The notes beneath the pieces were generated by a model, which did not search any database, was not told the origin of the DNA, and was given only the letters and a program-made list of their open reading frames with translations. A stretch of 64,000 nucleotides of DNA from Mustelus asterias (lineage: Eukaryota). The translations under genes were made by a program, and so were the position numbers. Below, one piece after another: positions 10,847-22,335 of this stretch (its first letter is position 1; each line of letters starts with the position of its first letter). The stretch covers positions 150,474,001-150,538,000 of the forward strand of contig NC_135802.1 of the NCBI RefSeq assembly GCF_964213995.1, read 5' to 3'.

Positions 10847-13266
10847 GATTGGAATATCCCTAGGGCTAGGGGTTTGGATGGAGAGGAGTTTGTTAGGTGT
10901 GTCCAGGAGAGTTTCCTGACACAGTATGTGGATAAGCCTACTAGAGGAGAGGCTGTACTTGATCTGGTGCTGGCTAATGAACCTGGACAGGTGGAGGATC
11001 TCTCGGTGGGTGAGCATCTTGGGGATAGCGATCATAATTCTATCTCCTTCACGATAGCATTGGAAAGAGATAGGATCAGGCAGGCTAGGAAAGTGTTTCT
11101 CTGGAGTAAAGGGAAATACAGTGTCATCAGGGAGGAAATTAGACGGGTAAATTGGAAGGAGGCATTCTTGGGGAAAAGTACCGAAGGAAAGTGGAGGATT
11201 TTCAAGGAATGTTTGTCTGGAGCTCTGCATGACAACGTTCCGATGAGACAGGGGGGTGTTGGTAGGGTACGGGAACCGTGGTGCACGAAGGTTGTGATGA
11301 ACCTGGTGAATAAAAAAAGAGAGGCGTACAGAAGGTTCAGAGAGCTAGGAGGTGTTAAGGATTTAGAGGAGTATACGGGATGTAGGAAGGAGCTTAAGAA
11401 GGAAATTAGGAGAGCGAGAAGGGGTCATGAGAAGACCTTGGCGGGTAAGATTAAGGAGAATCCCAAGGCTTTCTACAAATATGTCAAGAGTAAAAGGATG
11501 AGATGTGAAGGCATAGGACCCTTGAAAGGTGAAGGGGGAAAAGTTTGTGCGGAACCGTTAGAAATGGCGGAGGTGCTTAATGAATACTTTACCTCGGTAT
11601 TCACGGTGGAAAGGGATCTGGGTGGTTGTACTGCTGGTTTGCGGTGGACAGAAAGGATCGAGCATGTGGACATAAAGAAAGAGGATGTGTTGGAACTATT
11701 GAATGGCATCAAGGTTGGTAAGACGCCGGGGCCGGATGGGATGTACCCCAGGTTACTGTGGGAGGCGAGGGAGGAGATTGCGGAGCCTTTGGCGATGATC
11801 TTTGCATCGTCGATGGAGACGGGAGAGGTTCCGGAGGATTGGAGGATTGCAGATGTGGTCCCTATATTCAAGAAAGGGAACAGGGACAGCCCGGGAAATT
11901 ACCGACCGGTGAGTCTAACCTCAGTGGTTGGTAAGTTGATGGAGAGGATCCTGAGAGACAGGATTTATGATCATCTAGAGAAGTTTAGTATGATCAAAAG
12001 TAGTCAGCACGGCTTTGTCAAGGGCAGGTCGTGCCTTACGAGCCTGGTTGAGTTCTTTGAAAATGTGACCAAACACATTGACGAAGGAAGAGCGGTGGAT
12101 GTGGTCTATATGGACTTCAGCAAGGCGTTCGATAAGGTCCCCCATGCAAGACTTCTTGAGAAAGTGAGAGGGCATGGGATCCAAGGGGCTGTTGCCTTGT
12201 GGATCCAGAACTGGCTTGCCTGCAGAAGGCAGAGAGTGGCTGTGGAGGGGTCTTTCTCTGCATGGAGGTCAGTGACCAGTGGAGTGCCCCAGGGATCTGT
12301 TCTGGGACCCTTGCTGTTTGTCATTTTCATAAATGACCTGGATGAGGAAGTGGAGGGATGGGTTGGTAAGTTTGCTGACGACACCAAGGTAGGTGGTGTT
12401 GTGGATAGTTTGGAGGGATGTCAGAAGTTGCAGCGAGACATAGATAGAATGCAAGACTGGGCGGAGAAGTGGCAGATGGACTTCAACCCGGATAAGTGTG
12501 TAGTGATCCATTTTAGCAGATCCAATGGGATGAAGCAGCAGTATAATATGAAGGGTACCATTCTTAGCAGTGTAGAGGATCAGAAGGACCTTGGGGTCCG
12601 GGTCCATAGGACTCTTAAATCGGCCTCGCAGGTGGAGGATGCGGTCAAGAAGGCGTACGGCGTACTAGCCTTCATTAATCGAGGGATTGAGTTTAGGAGT
12701 CGGGAGATAATGCTGCAGCTTTATAGGACCCTGGTTAGACCCCACTTGGAGTACTGCGCGCAGTTCTGGTCACCTCATTACAGGAAAGATGTTGAAGCCA
12801 TTGAAAGGGTGCAGAGGAGATTTACAAGGATGTTGCCTGGATTGGGGGGCATGCCTTATGAGGATAGGTTGAGGGAGCTTGGTCTCTTCTCCCTGGAGAG
12901 ACGAAGGATGAGAGGTGACCTGATAGAGGTTTACAAGATGTTGAGAGGTCTGGATAGGGTAGACTCTGAGGCTATTTCCAAGGGCTGAAATGGTTGCTAC
13001 GAGAGGACACAGGTTTAAGGTGCTGGGGAGTAGGTACAGAGGAGATGTCAGGGGTAAGTTTTTCACTCAGAGGGTGGTGGGTGAGTGGAATCGGCTGACG
13101 TCGGTGGTGGTGGAGGCAAACTCGTTGGGGTCTTTTAAGAGACTTCTGGATGAGTACATGGGATTTAATGGAATTGAGGGCTATAGAAAGGCCTAGAGGT
13201 GGGGATATGATCGGCGCAACTTGTGGGCCGAAGGGCCTGTTTGTGCTGTGGCTTTCTATGTTCTAT
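10847..13266 (+). mobile_element. Young 5'-truncated CR1 LINE: ORF2 reverse transcriptase, one frameshift, 3' UTR and (TTCTATG)n tail
   Basis: 704-aa ORF 10874..12988 with PGPDG, YMDFSKAFDKV, GVPQGSVLGPLLF and FADD motifs; C-terminus continues in ORF 12990..13196 (TRGHRFK...FFTQRVV..WN); tail tttctatgttctata. Confidence 0.96.
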
Positions 13267-13312
13267 AAGGTAGGTCCATTCAAAAGTCTGAAGGCAGCAG
13301 GGAAGAATCTCT

Positions 13313-13539
13313 AAGATAAAAGCAAAATACTGCGGATGCTGGAATCTGAAACAAAAACAGAAAATTCTGGAAAATCTCAGCAGGTCTGACAGCATCTGCG
13401 GGGAGAGAATAGAGCCAACATTTTGAGTCTGGCTGGCACTTCGCCAGAGGGTCGTCCAGACTTGAAACGTTGGCTCTATTCTCTGCCCACCGATGCTGTC
13501 AGACCTGCTGAGATTTTCCAACATTTTCTGTGTTTGTTT
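13313..13539. mobile_element. Palindromic Penelope-like element, family B
   Basis: Inverted arms (cagaaaattctggaaaatctcagcaggtctgacagcatc vs gatgctgtcagacctgctgagattttccaacattttctg), one-sided ~35-bp extension, degenerate hammerhead core with GAAACGTT at 13464. Confidence 0.7.
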
Positions 13540-14257
13540 AATACAAGGTAGGTTGATTTTAAGAACCTGTCAGCTGTCAAAAGGGGTGAAGCTCCTTCAC
13601 CCCATCTGTCGGGGCTGAATTTAAGGCTGTACTGTAGAGGACATAGCTCTCCAAGAGTCCTTGTGTTGACATTCGTGGTCCTTTTGTGTTGATGTGTTTT
13701 TTCCAGCACTGTCGGTTATACCCAACCTGTTTTACAGAAAGGCATTTAATTTTAGTCCCATGCAAATAGTTTTTGGAAAACATTCTGAGCAAAAATAAAT
13801 CTCAAGATGTTTGGCGGGGAGCAGCCAGGACGGAGAGTTATTTTAATGACAATGTTTTGAAGTACGAGGAGTATGATTGGTAGCACGCAGTAATAAACAG
13901 TTCAGAAGCACTGTCCATGCAAATGCAAAACAGATGTATTTTTCTTCTCCCAAGCAGCTTTTGATGACTAGACCCAACATGACGTAAAGTTCCACATTGT
14001 TGGAATAGATGCAGGTTTAGAGGGGCGAGGCGATGTTTAGAAGGTGCTGAAAGCCTCGGTGTCACTCTGCATCAAGGATCGGGAAGGAATGGAAAAGGTC
14101 CCACTGATAAATGTCTTTCATAAAGCATTAATGTCTTTTAAGCTTTCTTGCAGTCCGTCTGCAGGTAAACCCGAGCTGCAGCTATTTCATCTTTCCTTAG
14201 ATTTTCTCTCACTGTGGTTTGGTCGTTTATTTTGGCTGTATTTTTGGCTCAGGTTGT

Positions 14258-14280
14258 GTGAGAGAGAGAGAGAGAGTGAG
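14258..14280 (+). repeat. (GA)n microsatellite
   Basis: gagagagagagagagagtgag about 60 nt upstream of the exon at 14340. Confidence 0.8.
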
Positions 14281-14339
14281 TCTGCATTGTAAGGCATGCG
14301 ATGCACTGCTTGCTGAAGCTTATGTGGGCTTCTTTTCAG

Positions 14340-14551
14340 ATACAAGTACCTGGAAAAATTAGCAGCGGAAGAGTATGAGAAGGAAGCCAGGAATCGGGTG
14401 CCGCGGGCACGGAGCGACCTTTCTCTCAGCCTGACTTCGCCCGCCGCCCCATCGTCCCCCGTCCCAAGTTGTGGGAGTCTGTCACCTGCAAAGCCTCTGG
14501 AGCAGTCCAAAACTCCAGCTGCAACGTGTGAATCACCGCAGCCTGTAGAAC
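14340..14551 (+). CDS. FHOD3: FHOD3 exon (212 nt) YKYLEKLAAEEYEKEARNRVPRARSDLSLSLTSPAAP...
   Basis: Acceptor ttttcag|A, donor C|gtgagt, phase 2-1; resembles human YKYLEQLAAEEHEKE...DLSLDLTSPAAP. Confidence 0.93.
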
Positions 14552-14589
14552 GTGAGTACCAAGGGAAAAGCAGATGTGTGTGTTTTTAA

Positions 14590-14898
14590 TTTAAGTTTAT
14601 TTATTCGTGTCACAAGTGAGGCTTACATTAACACTGCAATGAAGTTACTGTGAAAATCCCCTAGTCGCCACACTGCGGCCTCTCTTCGGGTACACTGAGG
14701 GAGAATTTAGCATGGCCAATGCACCTAACCAGCACGTCTTTCAGACGGTGGGAGGAAACCGGAGCACCCGGAGGAAACCCACGCAGACACAGGGAGAATG
14801 TGCAAACTCCACACAGACAGTGACCCAAGCCGGGAATTGAACCCAGCTCCCTGGCGCTGTGAGGCAGCAGTGCTAACCACTGTGCCACCGTGCCGCCA
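14590..14898 (-). mobile_element. V-SINE, alternative-tail subfamily
   Basis: HE1 head and V-domain, but tail ...gcgactaggggattttcacagtaacttcattgcagtgttaatgtaagcc...aataaataaac. Confidence 0.88.
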
Positions 14899-15659
14899 TG
14901 TGTGTAATTGGGTTTGCAGCACACCAAGGATCCTCCAGATGACGGTGAATGAGAGTGTGCATATCTATTAGAGATTGTCGAGTGCCCTGTTAATCAGTGC
15001 AGCCGGTAGAGAGAGCGCAGAGGCTGTATGTTTATTGATTAGAATCTCAGCTTTGTCAATTTTCAGGGGGGTTTTTTTAAGCACCGTCTGAACATGTTTG
15101 CAGTAATAAACAGGCAAACAACAAATGAGATAACGACAGCTGTAAATGTGTAAATGGGGAACTTATGTTGTGCAAATGACCCCTTCCACTGGTGAGCTTT
15201 GCGCAATGCCAACACCTAGTGAGAATGTGGCAAATCCACGTGAACCATCCGATTCTAATGGAGGAAACCAGGATTCTGGTTGTTCCCTTTCCCCGGTGAG
15301 GCTCTGTGCTGAAATTTGTGATTGATCCAATTGACCTCTGCATTAGAATGCACCAACCAGAGCGCTCAAAATCACGCCGGGGAAAGTGTAACATCCGAGA
15401 ATTGATTGACGTGTTTCTATTGCTCCTGTTCTTTCTATGCATCCTAGTTCCCAGAGAAGGTAGTTGTTATTGGTGTGCCATTTCATGCTCGCTGACTGTG
15501 CATGCCTTGGCAGAGCTTGCCACTGGTGATTCTATGGTGAAGGGCATTGCAGCTCACTCAGCCTAACTTTAGCTTTCTCAACATGCGTACACACCACGCG
15601 TGTGCACACACACCATCCATGCATACACGCACACACTCTGGGATTCCTGCACATGTTTG

Positions 15660-15820
15660 TAATCCAGAGATAGATTCTTGATCAATAAGGGGATCAAGGG
15701 TTATGGGGGAGAAGGCAGGAGAATGGGGATGAGAATCATATCAACTATGATTGAATGGCGGAGCAGACTCAATGGGCCGAATGGCCTAATTCTGCTCCTA
15801 TTTCTTACAGTCTTATGGAT
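15660..15820 (+). mobile_element. CR1 3' end fragment
   Basis: gagatagattcttgatcaataagggg...gggccgaatggcctaattctgctccta; near-identical to 42355-42490. Confidence 0.8.
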
Positions 15821-15879
15821 CAAATGACATTTTCATTCAATTAAAATTGAAAGACCGGTCTCATCATTTTTGTTTGTCC

Positions 15880-16926
15880 CCTTCACCCCTCATGAGGGAG
15901 CCTGTTCCTCGATTCAATCACCTTTCGTCCGAGCCCATCACCTGTGAGCCCCCCGTGCCCCGCTTGGAGCTGTACCCCACCCCCACATCTGGGGTCTTTA
16001 TTCATCCCCTTCCAGTACAAAATGTGGTATCCCATTGACCCCCTTATTTATGAGCTTTTCATGCAGCTTTGTCAGGGTTCAGCTTCCCTCCCCTTGGTCT
16101 TTCCTCTATCTTCCATTGTTCTTCATCCTCCCCAACATTCCTGCCCCGTGCGTGCCATCGTGAGTCATCGCCTTTTACCCTGCCCCTTGCAAAGCCCTCC
16201 TTCCACGTTGCCCCCCCCCCTCCTCCTCCCCTCCCCCCCCCCCCTTGGTCTTTGTCAGGTCAATCCCCCCATTCCGCCAACCTCACCTCGCACTCTACCC
16301 TCCACCCCAGTCGAAGTCAGACCTTTGTGGTGGTGGCATCATGAATCTCACAGCAGAGTGCTGTCCAGAGAGACATTAGCATGTGGCATATGGAGGGAAG
16401 GAGACCCCTGTACACCCCGACCCCAGGCACAGTACTAATCTGAGTCGGTAACACTGGAGGGTCCATGGGTCCAGCAGTCCGGTGCTCTCAATGAAGACCA
16501 GCTGGGCATGGAGGGCAGGAACCAGTCTGCCCCAACAGAGTGGTGAATAGCACACCAGGAGCAGTGCAGCGCCATGGCAGGAAGTTCTTGCTCTCCCCCT
16601 GAAGTCTCTGACAAACTAAGGACTGGCTTCTGCACCCCACTCTTTAGCAATCGAGTTTTACGCCAACATCATTTCCCGTTGGCTTGATGCAAGATAGAAA
16701 GGCCTGATGGGATGTTGGTGGGCAGCTATTTTAATGAATATTCATGAGATGCAAAAGAATGCAAATGGAGATTTGTGCCATGTGCTAGTTGCGACCCACT
16801 ATAAACCCGCCACCATTGGGAAAATTGCAACAGCATTTTGCACCAGTGGGTTTCCGGTTTTTTTTTCAGGCTGCCACCAAATTCACCACAACCACCTGCC
16901 GTGGGCAGGTTGGGAGAATTCAGCCC
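15880..16926. mobile_element. Degraded GC-rich TIR-element remnant
   Basis: Right end gggagaattcagccc matches the termini of the other MITE-like elements; left end not resolved. Confidence 0.35.
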
Positions 16927-17096
16927 ATCAGAACTGAGGAAATAGGATTTGTAATATAATAATAGGGTTTGAGTAAGGAGAAGGAGAATGAACCAAAGGG
17001 AGGGTCTGAGATAGGGTGGAGGGCAGAATGGATGAAATGACGACCTTGGGTAATGGGTAGATAAAGATGTGTCTAGGTGAGTGTGATTGGCACGAT

Positions 17097-17663
17097 ATTT
17101 GATTTATTGTCACATGTATTAGTATAAAGTGAAAAGTATTGTTTGTTGCATGCGATATAGATAAAGCATACCGTACACAGGGAAGGAAAAGAAAGAGTGC
17201 AGAATGTAGTGTTACAGTCATAGCGAGGATGTAGAGAAAGATTAACTTAATGCAAGTTAAGTCCATTCAAAGATCTGACAGCAGCAGGGAAGAAGCTGTT
17301 CTTGAGTCAGTTGGTACGTGACCCTCAGACCTTTGTATCTTTTTCCCGACAGAAGAAGGTGGAAGAGAGAATGTCCAGGGTGCGTGGGGTCCTTGATTAT
17401 GCTGGCTGCTTTGCCAAGGCAGCGGGGAGTGTAGACAGAGTCAATGGATGAGAGGCTGGTTTGTGTGATGGATTGGGCTACATTTGTGACCTTTTGTAGT
17501 TCCTTATGGTCTTGGGCAGAGCAGGAGCCATACCAAGCTGTGATACAACCAGAAAGAATGCTTTCTATGGTGCATCTGTGAAAGTTGGTGAGAGGCATAG
17601 CTGACATGCCAAATTTCCTTAGTCTTCTGAGAAAGTAGAGGCGTTGGTGGGCTTTCTTAACTA
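17097..17663 (-). mobile_element. Rex/Babar-like LINE 3' portion
   Basis: ORF 17257..17676: KKAHQRLYFLRRLRKFGMS...RCTIESILSGCITAWYG. Confidence 0.88.
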
Positions 17664-17679
17664 TCTCCTGCAACATTTA

Positions 17680-17870
17680 TAGAAATCATAGAAACCCTAC
17701 AGTACAGAAAGAGGCCATTCAGCCCATCGAGTCTGCACTGACCACAATCCCACCCAGGCCCTACCCCCATATCCCCACATATTTACCCACTAATCCCTCC
17801 AACCTACGCATCTCAGGACACTAAGGGCAATTTTTAGCACGGCCAATCAACCTAACCCGCACATCTTTGG
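17680..17870 (-). mobile_element. HE1-type V-SINE, 3' part
   Basis: atagaaatcatagaaaccctacagtacag tail. Confidence 0.85.
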
Positions 17871-17887
17871 ATAAATGGCACTCCCTT

Positions 17888-18229
17888 CACATGTTATGGA
17901 CTGTGCAGAAATGAGATCAGCTGAAGTGTCTTGCAAGTATTCACAGTATATGGCCTATCCAGTTTGAATGAAGGTCAAGGAAGGCACTGTCTGGATGAAT
18001 TTCTTTTTGTCCATTTATTCAATAGATTGCCTTCTTCATTTCTGGATATGGTTTCCTTAGACTTCGGACTCGGTGAGAACCTGTGCAGTGTGAGCTAGAC
18101 TGTGAAACACAACAGACTTATTTATAACTTGGCTTGAAATATAGTACCGGCAATCTGGATATACCAGATACTGTGATTACTTGCAAGACACTTCAGCTGA
18201 TCTCATTTCTGCACAGTCCATAACATGTG
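17888..18229. repeat. Inverted repeat with 52-bp perfect arms (17888-17939 / 18178-18229)
   Basis: cacatgttatggactgtgcagaaatgagatcagctgaagtgtcttgcaagta is the exact reverse complement of 18178-18229. Confidence 0.95.
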
Positions 18230-18629
18230 CGATTTGTCTTCACAAATTTAAAGTCCTCGCCTGGACTGCAAATGCACAGCAAGCTGTTTTAGACGACCGT
18301 GGTGGATAATTTATTTGCAACGTTGCAGGAGATAGTTTTCCTCAAAATGAGATGTCAAGACTTGAAATATATTTTGCACAATGGTAGCGCTTGCTCGTAA
18401 AATGTCATAATCGAAGCAATACAATTTCTAACTGCAGTGAATTACAGATAATGGATGGCCCATATTCTCAGCTTTAAGAAAAACACATGGTCAAAACCCA
18501 CAGGAACTGCAGTAACAGATAAATAACAGGAAAAATTTAAACTTCAGCAGAATGGCTAGCCCCAACCTTTCAGTTTGCAAGATGCGGATGCACATTTTTA
18601 GAATTTTGTCTATTTTCTCAATTCAAAGC

Positions 18630-18902
18630 AAAGTATATTTATTACAAGAAAGGCTTACATTAACACTGCAATGAAGTTACTGTGAAATTCTCCCAGTCAC
18701 CACACTCCGGCGCCTATTTGGGTCAATGCACCTAACCCGCACGTCTTTCGGATTGAGAGGACACCGGAACACCCGGAGGAAACCCACGCAGACACGGGGA
18801 GAATGTGCAAACTCCACACAGACAGTGACCTAAGCTGGGAATTGAACCCGGGTCCCTGGCGCTGTGAGGCAGCAGTGCTAATCACTGTGCCATCGTGCCG
18901 CC
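18630..18902 (-). mobile_element. V-SINE, alternative-tail subfamily
   Basis: ggcttacattaacactgcaatgaagttactgtgaaa tail plus HE1 head. Confidence 0.85.
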
Positions 18903-19029
18903 CTCAATTCTTCCTTACTACATTGGTCAACCGGCAGGAAAAAAATATTTGCGCAGGGTTGAAAGATTGAAAGAAGTTATATATCCTGCAAGCTAAAATA
19001 ATGTTTGAGCATTCAAAGGCTCAATAAAA

Positions 19030-19830
19030 TGCCAGATGGTTGTGGTTGTGGGAGGCTGCAGTTCGTCAGAGGAGAATTCTTGCCCCAACAATCTTCAGCA
19101 GTTTTATCAATGATTGTCCCTTGATCGGAAGGAGAGAAGCAGAGTTGTTCGTTGATAATTGCATAGTGTTTGGCTCTATTCACAACTCCAATTAAGCAGT
19201 CCATGCCAGTGTTCAATAAGGCCGGCCAATCTCCAAGCTTGAGCTAGCCTTTGTGCCACACAATGACCATCTCCATCAAGATGGAGGCTAACCATCAGTT
19301 TTTTTAAGTTCATTCATGGGACATGGGCGCCACTGCCTGGCCAGCATTTATTGCCCATCCCGAGTTGCCCTTGGAGAGCAGTTGAGAGTCAACCACATTG
19401 CTGTGGCTCTGGAGTCACATGTAGGCCAGACCGGGTAAGGATGGCAAATTTCCTTCCCTAAAGGACATTAGTGAACCAGATGGGCTTCTTCCAACAATCG
19501 GTCATGGTTTCATGGTCATCAGTAAATTCTTAATTCCAGATATAGTCCTTGAGACATAAGGACATTGTCATTGCTGGATCCCCTACTGCCATCATCCTAG
19601 CGATTGCCATGAACCATAAACTCAACTGGATCCACTGCCACTTGTGGCTCCAAGAACAGGTTGGGTATTCCATACTGAGTGACTGATCACCTGACTCCCC
19701 AGATTCCCTCCATCACCTACAAGGCACAAGACAGGAATGCGTTGCAAAATTGTCTGCTTTCTTAGATGGGTCTGAGCCCAACAGTACTAATGAAGTGTCA
19801 AAGACAAAGTCTGCTTGATTGACACCCCAT
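19030..19830 (+). mobile_element. Old + strand fragment of the second CR1-superfamily LINE, interrupted by a family-2 SINE (19305-19540, -)
   Basis: gatggttgtggttgtgggagg...ccccaacaatcttcagc mirrors 20950-21090 reversed; SINE core at 19450-19490. Confidence 0.6.
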
Positions 19831-19834
19831 CCTT

Positions 19835-21238
19835 TTTAATTCATTTACTGGATGTTGATGTTGCTGGCTAGGCCAGCATTTATTGCCCATCCCTAGTTGC
19901 CCTTCAGAAGGTGGTGGTGAGCTACCTTCTTGAACCGCTACAGTCCCTGAGGTGTAGGTACACAGTAAGAGTTTTAACAACACCAGGTTAAAGTCCAACA
20001 GGTTTATTTGGTAGCAAATACCATTAGCTTTCGGAGCGCTGCTCCTTCGTCAGATCTGATGTCCATCTGACGAAGGAGCAGCACTCCGAAAGCTAACGGT
20101 ATTCGCTACCAAATAAACCTGTTGGACTTTAACCTGGTGTTGTTAAAACTCTTACTGTGTTCACCCCAGTCCAACGCCGGCATCTCCACATCATGACTAC
20201 CGTGTAGGTACACCCACAGTGCTGTTCGGGATGGAATTTCAGGATTTTGACCCAATGACAATGGAGGAATTTTGAAGTCAGAATGGTGAGTTACTTGGAG
20301 GGGAATCTTCAGGTGGTGGTATTCCCAGTATCTGCTGCTCTTGTTCTTCGAGATTGTAGTGATCATGGGTTTGGAAGGTGCTGTCGAAGGAGCCTTGGTG
20401 AGTTCCTGCAGTGCATCTTGTGGATGTTATACACTGCTGCCACAGTTGGTCGGAGGGATTGCACATTTGTGGAAGAGGTAGCAATCAAATGGGTTGCTTT
20501 GTCCTGGATGGTGTGGAGTTTTCTGAGTGTTGTTGGAGCCACACTCAATCAGTCAAGTGGAGAGTATTTCATTACACTCCTGACTCGTGCCTTGTAGATG
20601 CTGGACAGGCTTTGTGGGGTCAGGAGGCGAGTTACTCACCACCTGATTCCCAGCCTTTGACCTGCTCTGGTAGCCACAGTATTTATATGGCTAGACCAAT
20701 TCAGTTTCTATTCAATGGTAAATCCCAAGATGTTGATAGTGGGGAATTCCGTGATGGTAATGCCATTGAATACAGAGGGGCAATCCTTCGATCCTCTCTT
20801 GCTGGAGATGGTTATAGCCTGGCATTTGTGTGGCGTGAATGTTATTTGCTGCTTGTCAGCCCAAGCCTGGATATAGTCCCGATCTTGGGCATGGGCTTCT
20901 TCAGTATCTGAGGAGTCACGAATGGTGCTGAACATTGTGCAATTATCTGCAAACATCCCCACTTCTGATCTGATGATGGAAAGAAGGTTATTGATGAAGC
21001 AGCTAAAGATGGTTGGGCCTAGGACACTCCCCTGAGGAATTCCTGCAGTGATGTCCTGGAGCTGAGATGATTGGCCTCCAACCACCACAGCCAGCTTCCT
21101 TTACACGAGGTATGAGTCCAACCAGCGGAGATTCCCACTCCCCTGATACTCATTGACTCCAGTTTTGCTAAGGTTCCTTGATGCCACACTCAGTCAAATG
21201 CTGCGTTGATGTCAAGGGCAGTCACTCCCACCTCACCT
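19835..21238 (-). mobile_element. CR1/L2-superfamily LINE, second family: RT C-terminal part and 3' tail
   Basis: ORF 20708..21088: ITAGIPQGSVLGPTIFSCFIN...GMFADNCT...WADKQQITF; tail shared with the family-2 SINE; interrupted at 19964-20201. Confidence 0.88.
19964..20201. mobile_element. Palindromic Penelope-like element, family A, 12-bp TSD
   Basis: TSD gtgtaggtacac at 19952-19963 and 20202-20213; about 90-bp inverted arms; hammerhead core ctgacga...gaaagcta at 20067-20095. Confidence 0.85.
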
Positions 21239-21411
21239 TAACTGTACACTCCGTTCACTATTATGGTTGGAAACCAAAGGTTGCTTGCAGTAATGAATCA
21301 AAGATTCTTCAACAACATCTTCCAAACTCCCAGCGCTGACACCTAGAAGGTAAGGGTAGAGGATGATTGGGCGCAAATTCCCCTCAAGTCTCACACCAAA
21401 CTGACTTGCTT

Positions 21412-21695
21412 ATAGAATCCCTACAGTGCAGAAGGAGGCCATTCGGCCCATCAAGTCTGTACCAACCACAATCCCACCCAGACCCTATCCCCATTATCCT
21501 ACTAACACTTGAGGAGCAATTAGCATGACCAATCAACCCACCTCACACATATTTGAACTATAGGTGGAAACCAGAGCACCCGGAGGAAACCCTCGCAGAC
21601 ACAGGGAGAACGTGCAAACTCCACACAGACAGTGACCCAAGCCAGGAATCGAACCCGGGTCCCTGGCACTGTGAGGCAGCAGTGTTAATCACTTG
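21412..21695 (-). mobile_element. HE1-type V-SINE
   Basis: Head, V-domain and tail as in other copies. Confidence 0.88.
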
Positions 21696-22029
21696 TGTCA
21701 TTGTTCTATTACCTACCTAACAGCATTGTTGGAGTACCTTCACAAAGATGCAGCTTTGAAAATGGAAAGCTCAGCACCTTCTCCAGGACGTCACGGGATG
21801 AACAATGATTACTGACCCTGCCAACAATCCTTAAACCCCGATCGTTTTTTTTTTAAAGCAAGATTAAGCTGCGGCTCAACTCATAGGGCAACGGAAACAA
21901 TAAACAGCTTGTTTACACATGGTAACCCAGGCTGATTTGGGGTGGTAAAGATGAAGAAGCTATGGGACTGAGTGGCTAAATTTGAATCTCCCCAGAGCTC
22001 AGCAGAATCGCAAAATTCTTGGCAATATT

Positions 22030-22335
22030 TGACTTATCATTGTCGCATGTATTAGTATACAGTGAAAAGTATTGTTTCTTGCACGTTATACAAACAAAGC
22101 ATACCACACATAGAGAAGGAAAGGAGAGAGTGCAGAATGTAATGTTGCAGTCATAGCTGGGGTGTAGAGAACGATCAACTTAATATAAGGTAGGTCCATT
22201 CAAAAGTCTGATGGCAGCAGGGAAGAAGCTGTTCTTGAGTCAGTTGGTACGTGTCCTCAGATTTTTGTATCTTTTTCCCGACGGAAGAAGGTGCAAGAGA
22301 GTATGTCTGGGGTGCATGGGGTCTTTGATTAGGAC
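22030..22335 (-). mobile_element. Rex/Babar-like 3' fragment
   Basis: Same text as 44940-45235. Confidence 0.85.
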
